Shown: piece after piece, positions 1-6,029 of the stretch
Position numbering within the stretch: the first letter of the stretch is position 1
Layout of the letters: each line of letters opens with the position of its first letter
Source: a virus
Taxonomy: Duplodnaviria; Caudoviricetes
DNA length: 35,889 bases
Reading direction: 5' to 3' (one strand)
IMG/VR virus record: IMGVR_UViG_3300037751_000446
Location: 1 to 35,889 of that record
Notes under the pieces: generated by a model
Told to the model about the DNA's origin: nothing
The model's input: only the letters and a program-made list of their open reading frames with translations
The model's database searches: none
Translations under genes and position numbers: made by a program

Positions 1-31
1 CTCATATCTTCTCTCGCTTCTCAGAAAATCC

Positions 32-59
32 GGTCGGGGGCATGGCAGCACCCCCGACC
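32..59 (-). terminator. GC-rich hairpin followed by GGATTTTCT, probable intrinsic terminator
   Basis: Inverted repeat ggtcggggg/cccccgacc; the minus strand continues into a T-rich tract just upstream of an ATG at 5..3 that runs off the window. Confidence 0.5.
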
Positions 60-79
60 CTAACCATATCTGGCCTGCC

Positions 80-227
80 TCAGCAGCGCCCAGGGCGCGG
101 CGACCCATTCATCACTGACCGCATCACAACAAGCTATGTTTGTCTCTGCCAGACGTCCAACCACCTTTCGTGAGGTAGGGTATTTCCACCAATCGGAGGC
201 GGGTCGTCGCGCCCTGGGCGGGGCTGA
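80..227 (-). ncRNA. Candidate structured RNA closed by a 27-bp imperfect inverted repeat
   Basis: 80..106 and 201..227 are reverse complements at 24/27 positions; internal hairpins include GGTG-GAAA-TACC and GTCT-GGCAG-AGAC. Confidence 0.4.
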
Positions 228-232
228 AACTG

Positions 233-610
233 CTACTCCCAGTGGTCGAGCATCGTGTTCGCCACCGTCAATACCATCTTCTCTGCTTCCGGCCCGGCGT
301 CGCGGGCGCGGTCTATGAGTTTGGCCCAGCGGCGGGGGATGACCGCCTGTGGCATGGTTAGCCCCAACTGCGCCGTGAATATCTCCGGCGTCACCTGTAG
401 GACCTCGATAAGCTGCGGGAAGCGTTGGCGGTAGGGCCTGTTCAGGCCGGATAGCCAGTTATAGACCGTCGCGTCCACCACCCCGACGGCTTCTGCCAGC
501 GCCGGGGCGGTCAGGCCCAGGCAGCCCATCCGCCAGGCCAGCCAGCGCTGGAACTCAAGCGGGGCCTCTACCTGCCGGTCCGGGTCACTGCCGTTGTTGC
601 CGTTCAACAT
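233..610 (-). CDS. XRE/Cro-family helix-turn-helix transcriptional regulator
   Basis: LTAPALAEAVGVVDATVYNWLSGLNRP HTH_3 pattern; AGAAGGA RBS before the ATG. Confidence 0.8.
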   Translation of the reverse strand: MLNGNNGSDPDRQVEAPLEFQRWLAWRMGCLGLTAPALAEAVGVVDATVYNWLSGLNRPYRQRFPQLIEVLQVTPEIFTAQLGLTMPQAVIPRRWAKLIDRARDAGPEAEKMVLTVANTMLDHWE

Positions 611-785
611 CTGTCCTTCTTTCCCTCAGAGAGATGAGGTTGCTGGGGCCGTCTTCGGCAGCGCCCCAGCTTTTAAAGTTCCCCGCCGAAGAGGGGGGGG
701 AGAGTCACTTTCGATGCACGGCCTGCTAACTTACTCGCTGCCATCCCATTCCCGGATACGCCGGGCCTGCTCTCCATCGGGATCG

Positions 786-866
786 TGGATCGACCAGGAC
801 TTGAACCCGAACCTCATTGGGGGTTATGACCCTTCCCAATGCGCTCTCCCCTTGAGCTATCGACCC
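786..866 (-). tRNA. tRNA-like gene, CAU loop, extended anticodon arm, G3:U70/A73 acceptor
   Basis: GGGTCGA/TCGATCC acceptor, GCTC/GAGC D-arm, TTCAAGT T-loop; 27-nt anticodon arm CATTGGGAAGGGTCATAACCCCCAATG; no encoded CCA. Confidence 0.7.
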
Positions 867-869
867 ATA

Positions 870-941
870 GAGCGGAGGTGGGATTTGCACCCACGACCTC
901 GTGGTTATGAGCCACGCGAGCTGCTACTGCTCTACTCCGCC
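870..941 (-). tRNA. tRNA-Met(CAT), initiator-like body
   Basis: Full cloverleaf GGCGGAG-TA-GAGC..GCTC-G-CGTGG CTCATAA CCACG-AGGTC-GTGGG TGCAAAT CCCAC-CTCCGCT; no encoded CCA. Confidence 0.9.
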
Positions 942-1046
942 ATGTTCTGTTCCCCGCCTCAGAGGGCCGCCCGGTTCGGTCTACACCCCGTATCCCTGCG
1001 ACCGGGGCAGCCCTCTCTGCAAAAAAGGAGTCGGTGCGGTAGTCGG

Positions 1047-1283
1047 TCACTCGTCCGCGCCGGAAAAGAGAGGGGCCGGGGCGCCTCCCCTTCCCGCCGG
1101 GGGCGAATAATTCCGTTTCAGGACCAGCTTCTCACGCCGCACCTGCCCGCATAAGGGGCATCGTCTGAACAGGTAGTGCGTCTCCCCGTCAAAGCGCGTA
1201 ATTTCCGCCGGGTAGAACTGGTGCACACACTTCCTGCGCTCCTCCTGCTGACCGCTGAAAGCTGATGGCTGACTGCTCTCCAT
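1047..1283 (-). CDS. Small putative zinc-binding protein
   Basis: CxH...CxxC pattern (CVHQF..CPLCG); ATG overlaps the upstream stop (TGATG). Confidence 0.55.
   Translation of the reverse strand: MESSQPSAFSGQQEERRKCVHQFYPAEITRFDGETHYLFRRCPLCGQVRREKLVLKRNYSPPAGRGGAPAPLFSGADE
1247..1277. repeat. Heptamer tandem repeat (GCTGANN)x4
   Basis: gctgacc gctgaaa gctgatg gctgact gct. Confidence 0.75.
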
Positions 1284-1594
1284 CACGCTGCCCGCCGCGC
1301 CGCGTAGACGGCCTGCCAGGCTGCCGCCGGAGGTGCGCCCAGCCGGGCCTCAAACTGAGTCGCCAATAGCTGCCCCGTCACGCAGTGGATGTCCTCCAAC
1401 GCCTGCCGCCCGGAGGGGCGTTCGCTGGCCCGCATCGAGCAGACCATCAGGGCCGCCCACACGCCCCAGGGGGCAGAGGACCACAGCGCCGACTTCAGAT
1501 CGTCTACCGCCTCGCGCTGGCGGGCCGTCAGCGGGGCGTAAGAGTCGGCGTACATGTAGATCGCCCGCCGCAGGCCGTCCAGGGGGTCTTTCAC
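1283..1594 (-). CDS. Hypothetical phage protein (start re-assigned to GTG 1594)
   Basis: GTGA overlap with the stop of the 1591..1740 ORF; TGATG coupling downstream. Confidence 0.6.
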   Translation of the reverse strand: MKDPLDGLRRAIYMYADSYAPLTARQREAVDDLKSALWSSAPWGVWAALMVCSMRASERPSGRQALEDIHCVTGQLLATQFEARLGAPPAAAWQAVYAARRAA

Positions 1595-1740
1595 AGCTTC
1601 CTCCGGTTCGTTCTCTTCATCGCCTGTGCCGCCTTCCGCTTGCGCTTGTTCTTCTGCCTGTTCCGGCGCATCTTCGCGTTCTGCGCCGTCTTCTGTTGGG
1701 TGTAGCCCGCCCGGTGGCTGGCGAAAAGGCCGGGGAGCAT
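1591..1740 (-). CDS. 49-aa highly basic protein (not in the ORF track)
   Basis: ATG directly follows the methylase stop; MLPGLFASHRAGYTQQKTAQNAKMRRNRQKNKRKRKAAQAMKRTNRRKL; 17 K/R, no D/E; coupled to the next gene. Confidence 0.65.
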   Translation of the reverse strand: MLPGLFASHRAGYTQQKTAQNAKMRRNRQKNKRKRKAAQAMKRTNRRKL

Positions 1741-2793
1741 CTATTCCGCCTCGGCGATCTGCTTCAGGCCGTTGGACGACTGAGACGGCACAAACATCCT
1801 CATTTGCACCGGCGCTTTCAAGCAGTGCGGGGAAAACCACACGACCTCGCGGTGGCGGTTGTCGTTACCGATATGCGCCATCCCTCTGTTTCCGCTGTAG
1901 GAAAGCCTCTCCCAGTCGTCGGGCATGGCCTCTTCGTGCTCCAGGTCGTAGCCGCACAGCGCGATCCGGTAGCGCGGGTTATCGCCCTTACTGATTGCCC
2001 ATTCCCGCGCGGCGTGGGCGACGGTCAGGTCTTCCTCAGCATAAGTTGAATTATCACGTCCGGCCTCGGCGCTGTAGGGCGGGTCAAGGAAGACCGCCGT
2101 CGTGCCGTTGTTTTCGGTTACGCTGAATGTCACCACTCGCGCCCAGTCCCCGCAGCACACCCGCACCCGGCGTAGGCGGGCCGCCAACGTCTCAAAGTAA
2201 GCGGGCAAGCCGCTGATGGACCCTCGCTTCACACCTTGCCCGGCGTCGCCCAGGTGGAGCAGTTTCCGCGTCACACCTTTCCCGGCGTCGCCCAGGTGGA
2301 GCAGTTTCCGCGTCACACCTTTCCCGGCGTCGCCGTTCTCCAGCCGCCCGTCCACGGCCTGCCAGGGGCCGTCACCCGAACAGAAGCCGCCGCCGATCCA
2401 CAGCGACAGGCCCCAGACCCACCAGCCCGCGATCTTCGGGTCATAGTAATCCGGGTCGCCTTCCAGTTGGGCTATAAAGTCAGTCTCAAATTTCTGGCGC
2501 ACGAGCCAGGCGTGCCGGGCGTGTAAATCGTTCTCATTGGCAGGCCAGTCGGCATAGCCCGCTACCGCCGCCGGGTCGTCCTGCAAGGCCCGCCAGAAGT
2601 TGGCGACCATGCCGTCTTTATCGTTGACGGTTTCGATATACCCGGCTCCGGGCGTCCACTCCGGGCGGGCCAGCAAACACGCGCCGGAACCGAAAAACGG
2701 CTCAACGTAGTTGCCCACGTCCGGGCCTAACCGCCGCCAGACTTCCGGTGCGATCTTCGACTTCCCGCCGAAATAAGGAAAGGGCGCTTTCAT
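1741..2793 (-). CDS. DNA adenine methyltransferase, Dam/D12 class
   Basis: FPYFGGK, YVEPFFGSG (motif I), VND, VFLDPPY (motif IV); ATGA overlap at 2793. Confidence 0.9.
   Translation of the reverse strand: MKAPFPYFGGKSKIAPEVWRRLGPDVGNYVEPFFGSGACLLARPEWTPGAGYIETVNDKDGMVANFWRALQDDPAAVAGYADWPANENDLHARHAWLVRQKFETDFIAQLEGDPDYYDPKIAGWWVWGLSLWIGGGFCSGDGPWQAVDGRLENGDAGKGVTRKLLHLGDAGKGVTRKLLHLGDAGQGVKRGSISGLPAYFETLAARLRRVRVCCGDWARVVTFSVTENNGTTAVFLDPPYSAEAGRDNSTYAEEDLTVAHAAREWAISKGDNPRYRIALCGYDLEHEEAMPDDWERLSYSGNRGMAHIGNDNRHREVVWFSPHCLKAPVQMRMFVPSQSSNGLKQIAEAE
2229..2334. repeat. 42-bp in-frame tandem repeat, about 2.5 copies
   Basis: Units at 2229, 2271 and 2313 encode GDAGKGVTRKLLHL. Confidence 0.95.
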
Positions 2794-3029
2794 CCCGCCG
2801 CCTCTTCCTCTCTCTGCCACTCAGCCCATTCATCGTTCATCGCCCGCAGATGCTCAATAAGGCCCGCAATATCGGCCTGCGGCACGTACAGAGCCGCCAG
2901 GACCACCAGGCCATGATGCTGGGTCAGGGCCAACCCGCCCCGACCGTCCGGCTGGGCTTTCAGGGCCAGGACGATGCGGTTGTCCGCGTCGCGCCGCGTC
3001 GAGAGGAGCAGGATGCTTTCACGGATCAT
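2790..3029 (-). CDS. Hypothetical phage protein (start at ATG 3029)
   Basis: ATGA overlaps at both ends. Confidence 0.6.
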   Translation of the reverse strand: MIRESILLLSTRRDADNRIVLALKAQPDGRGGLALTQHHGLVVLAALYVPQADIAGLIEHLRAMNDEWAEWQREEEAAG

Positions 3030-3316
3030 GATGCTACTCTTCCCATCTCTGAACCGCAGTAGGCACAGACCCCTCTTTCCACGTTGATCAACATATCCTC
3101 GCACACGTCCGGGAAAGCAGGAGCTACTCTGATCCACACTCTGGTTGTGCCAATCTGGTCTACTGTCTGAGCAGCCTTCCCGCGTGGAAGATTGTCGAAG
3201 CTGATTTCCACATTGAAATCAGAGGTCTGCTCCACGACGCCATAGCCGAAGCGGGAGTGATATATCCTCTCCCCGGTGACCAGATAGGGTTGTTCGTGCC
3301 GAGTGATGTCAGCCAC
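3026..3316 (-). CDS. Small Tudor/KOW-like (UvrD C-terminal/DUF3553-like) domain protein
   Basis: GERIYHSRFGYGVV motif; C-terminal CxxC. Confidence 0.55.
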   Translation of the reverse strand: MADITRHEQPYLVTGERIYHSRFGYGVVEQTSDFNVEISFDNLPRGKAAQTVDQIGTTRVWIRVAPAFPDVCEDMLINVERGVCAYCGSEMGRVAS

Positions 3317-3512
3317 CCGCCACCTCCAGCGACCCGACCTCGCCCCGTTCCACGCGGGGCAGATATTCCTCAGTCGCCAGCCGGATCAGTTCCCCGTCCG
3401 TGACCCCTAATTGGCGGGCCGCCTGACGGACGCGGCGGCGATGCTCCGGCGTGCAGCGCACACGGGGCAGCGAGTCGGTCAGTTTCTTGTCCACAGGTAA
3501 ATGTCGAGCCAT
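3309..3512 (-). CDS. Ribbon-helix-helix (CopG/Arc-like) DNA-binding protein, Cro-equivalent position
   Basis: LPRVRCTPEHRRRVRQAARQLGVTDGELIRLATEEYL; first gene after the leftward promoter. Confidence 0.7.
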   Translation of the reverse strand: MARHLPVDKKLTDSLPRVRCTPEHRRRVRQAARQLGVTDGELIRLATEEYLPRVERGEVGSLEVAGG

Positions 3513-3549
3513 TTTCGCATCCGATGAAAAGCATGTTCTGATATAAAGC

Positions 3550-3578
3550 AGTGTATCCCTTTTTTGAAACAATGTCAA
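3550..3578 (-). promoter_or_regulatory. Leftward sigma70-type promoter
   Basis: TTGACA (3578..3573)-N17-TACACT (3555..3550). Confidence 0.75.
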
Positions 3579-3626
3579 CCCGATTAAACGCATGTTCTGA
3601 AGAGACGCACAGGTAAAGGTAGGGCG

Positions 3627-3635
3627 TGATACACT
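3627..3635 (+). promoter_or_regulatory. Extended -10 promoter for a leaderless repressor mRNA
   Basis: TGnTACACT ends 6 nt before ATG 3642; no RBS present. Confidence 0.55.
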
Positions 3636-3641
3636 TGTGCC

Positions 3642-4025
3642 ATGAAACTTGGAGCGCTCATCAAGCGCTATAGGGCCGATCATCGTATCTCACAGCGCGA
3701 TTTGTCTGACCGTCTTACCGAACAGGGCTATAACGTCCCTGCACCGACAATCGCAGGGTGGGAACTTGGGAAGCGTTCGAGCGAGACTGACTGGAACTCA
3801 GACTTTCTGGTCGCCCTTGAACGCGCCCTCGACCTTGCCCCCGGTACGCTCTTTATTGACCTCGGCTTCTCCAACGGCGCCCCCGCCGAGCTGGACCCCG
3901 AAGCGGTCATGATCGCCCGTGAACTCTCAGACATCGCCAGCGACGAGAAGCGCCAGCGCCTCTACGACGCCATCCGCGCCAGGCCAGGTTCGCGCCTGGC
4001 GGTTCCCTTTTTCCCCACCCCGTGA
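3642..4025 (+). CDS. XRE-family phage repressor (CI-like), divergent from the RHH gene
   Basis: ISQRDLSDRL...VPAPTIAGWELGKR HTH; divergent switch layout. Confidence 0.8.
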   Translation: MKLGALIKRYRADHRISQRDLSDRLTEQGYNVPAPTIAGWELGKRSSETDWNSDFLVALERALDLAPGTLFIDLGFSNGAPAELDPEAVMIARELSDIASDEKRQRLYDAIRARPGSRLAVPFFPTP

Positions 4026-4212
4026 CGGCAGTGACAGCTACCGTCACAGATAAGACCACTTGTTCTATCTCAGTATAATCAGGACTTTTCCCCCGCGCAA
4101 GGCCCTGCCGCCCCTGCCCGGTATGAATCCGGTTAGAGTTTCCGGCCCTGTGACGCAAAAATAGAACACAGGGTTAATTTCCCGAAATCGGGCGAATTGC
4201 CCTGTTTTGCTA

Positions 4213-4241
4213 TTGACATGCTCCCGTATTCGGGATATAAT
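4213..4241 (+). promoter_or_regulatory. Perfect-consensus sigma70 promoter with a palindromic operator in the spacer
   Basis: TTGACA-N17-TATAAT; TCCCG-TATT-CGGGA at 4222..4235, second CCCG-N4-CGGG at 4181..4192. Confidence 0.85.
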
Positions 4242-4285
4242 TAGGTATAAGTTGAGAGCAAACAGACACACACAAAGGACCAACG

Positions 4286-4756
4286 ATGAAGGTACAACTG
4301 ACAACTAAGGGGAACACGGAAATAACCTACGACGTAAGGACAGAGAGAGCATACGAGGCTTCGATTAAGGCGCTCGGAACCATCGTTAAGACCGCGACCT
4401 CTGGCTACAACAAGAGGATGTGGGTTGAGGGCGATAAGGTTGCTGAGGCTAAGGCCATCGACAAGAACAAGCCAGCTTATCGTCGCCCAGCGGCCCCTCG
4501 TCGTAACGACACCCTGAGTGGCTGGACGGAAGACCAGGAAGACGGGATCGCCCCCCTGCCCAAGCCCTTTGACAGCGCCCAGGCAGAACAGAGCAAGCAG
4601 GAAGCCCGCGAGACCATTGCGGACGCAGAAGTATGGGCATTTGTAGATGCCTGCGCGAAACTGGTTAGCAACTACAATCACGAAATTCGCTTCCCCAACC
4701 TGATTGATGGCAGCCCGATTGACGAACTCATTAAGGGATGGGTGGCAGCACTCTAA
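4286..4756 (+). CDS. Hypothetical protein
   Basis: AAAGGA RBS, directly downstream of the consensus promoter. Confidence 0.75.
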   Translation: MKVQLTTKGNTEITYDVRTERAYEASIKALGTIVKTATSGYNKRMWVEGDKVAEAKAIDKNKPAYRRPAAPRRNDTLSGWTEDQEDGIAPLPKPFDSAQAEQSKQEARETIADAEVWAFVDACAKLVSNYNHEIRFPNLIDGSPIDELIKGWVAAL

Positions 4757-4812
4757 GCCGAAACGCCCTGCGGGGCGTCACCCTGGGGCGATGCCCAGGG
4801 TCTGATGACGGC
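4757..4812 (+). ncRNA. Hammerhead ribozyme, type II
   Basis: GCC-GAAA-C GCCC[TGCG]GGGC-GTC^ACCCTGGG[GCGATG]CCCAGGGT-CTGATGA-C-GGC; all core nucleotides present. Confidence 0.88.
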
Positions 4813-4839
4813 AGTCACCACGAACGAAAGGGACGAACG

Positions 4840-5274
4840 ATGGAAATTGTCAACTTGACCTCCCTGCAACAAAGGCAGGCCGTAGGCGGTACTTATGCTG
4901 AGATCACCTACGCGGATGTCACCTCCCAATACCAAATCAATCTCAAGGACAGCAGCAGAGATGACTACATAAATGAGTGGTCCGAGATTTGCGACACCTC
5001 GCTTGCCGAGGCCGTCAAACTTGCAGAGGGCCTGCTGCTCGATTACGACGATGACAACAGGGTGATGGTAGTTGATGTTAATCGCAGGGATGTACCCGAC
5101 TTTACCCCTCTCTATGCCGTCCTGACCACCTCCGAGGTGGCCGAACTCTACGGCCTGGACGACTCCACGCCCAAGAAAGCGGCGCAGGAAGGGGCCATCC
5201 CCGCCCGCAAAAGCGGCGGGACCTGGCTCATCCGGCGCGAGGACGCTGAGGCGAGATGGGGGAAGCGCAAGTAA
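4840..5274 (+). CDS. Protein with C-terminal excisionase-like (HTH_17) DNA-binding domain
   Basis: VLTTSEVAELYGL...GAIPARKSGGTWLIRRED; GAAAGGGA RBS before ATG 4840. Confidence 0.8.
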   Translation: MEIVNLTSLQQRQAVGGTYAEITYADVTSQYQINLKDSSRDDYINEWSEICDTSLAEAVKLAEGLLLDYDDDNRVMVVDVNRRDVPDFTPLYAVLTTSEVAELYGLDDSTPKKAAQEGAIPARKSGGTWLIRREDAEARWGKRK

Positions 5275-5296
5275 TCGTAACTCGCGCCCAACTACA

Positions 5297-5324
5297 AGGC
5301 CCGCATTTAGCGGGCCTCCTTTTT
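5297..5324 (+). terminator. Intrinsic terminator
   Basis: aggcccgc-attta-gcgggcct followed by ccttttt. Confidence 0.7.
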
Positions 5325-5355
5325 GACCGGCAGCCATCCGTGCTACAATCGGGGC

Positions 5356-5472
5356 ATGGACCATTTCTTCACGCCCCCGCCGACGCCTACGCCGCACCGC
5401 CTATCGCCAGGATCGACGCCTTGCGGGAGGTCTACGCCGCCGCCTACCGCCAGGGTTATCAGGACGGCCTGA
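5356..5472 (+). CDS. Possible leaderless 38-aa Pro/Thr-rich peptide
   Basis: TGCTACAAT extended -10 ends 6 nt before the ATG; the stop abuts an 11-bp hairpin. Confidence 0.3.
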   Translation: MDHFFTPPPTPTPHRLSPGSTPCGRSTPPPTARVIRTA

Positions 5473-5504
5473 AGGCCCGGATCATGCGTGCGCGATCCGG
5501 GCCT
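5473..5504. terminator. Perfect 11-bp hairpin at the convergent end of the late operon
   Basis: aggcccggatc-N10-gatccgggcct, 18 nt past the stop of the 5523..6005 gene. Confidence 0.55.
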
Positions 5505-5522
5505 CGACAAAGAAGGAAGAAC

Positions 5523-6005
5523 CTACGCCGCCCGACGCAGTTCTCCGCCGTACTCCCGTCCCCCCTTGAAGGCCAGGAACTCGTCCGCCGCCGCGTCTGA
5601 ACCGGGCGGTTCGGCTTCGGGGCCGAACTTCGGGAGAATCCAGCCTACCTTTTTGAAGATTTCGTAAATCGCTTTCCCGGACGGCGCGACTGAAAGCCAG
5701 AGCAGGAAAGCGCCCATCAGCATAGCGACGGCTTCATTAGCCTGGCTCTCCAGGTTTCCCTGCCCGATGAAGCTCAGGATATAGACGATGACCACCAGGA
5801 CCGCCCCCACGCGGGAGGCGATCACCCCGGCGGTCCCGTCGCTGATCCAGCCGCGTTCTTTCGCAAACTGGGTCGCCTGCACGACCAAGAGGCCGATGAT
5901 CAGGACCGTGAACAGCAGGAAGGCGAAGGCCGCCACCAGGTCCACGTTCCCCAGAATGTTCCCCAGGAAGGGGAAGAGCATCACTAACAGTTCGATCAGA
6001 GTCAT
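5523..6005 (-). CDS. Putative holin (multi-TM membrane protein)
   Basis: Three to four hydrophobic segments, charged C-terminus, next to the lysin-like gene. Confidence 0.6.
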   Translation of the reverse strand: MTLIELLVMLFPFLGNILGNVDLVAAFAFLLFTVLIIGLLVVQATQFAKERGWISDGTAGVIASRVGAVLVVIVYILSFIGQGNLESQANEAVAMLMGAFLLWLSVAPSGKAIYEIFKKVGWILPKFGPEAEPPGSDAAADEFLAFKGGREYGGELRRAA

Positions 6006-6029
6006 GAGATTGTTCCTTTTCCTTTACTT

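Noticed and set aside
594-1154. ORFs on both strands across 594..1154
   Set aside because: They overlap two tRNA genes and structured RNA; the translations are not protein-like
2229-2334. CRISPR array
   Set aside because: Contiguous in-frame coding repeats with no spacers; no cas genes in the window
3970-4050. attP inside the repressor 3' end (integration-dependent immunity)
   Set aside because: The odd C-terminus and short palindromes are suggestive, but there is no integrase or att duplicate in the window to support it
4070-4086. Self-target of the TnpB guide
   Set aside because: Shares TTATACT and TCCTGATT with the guide but in swapped order; only a 7-nt seed match, probably chance
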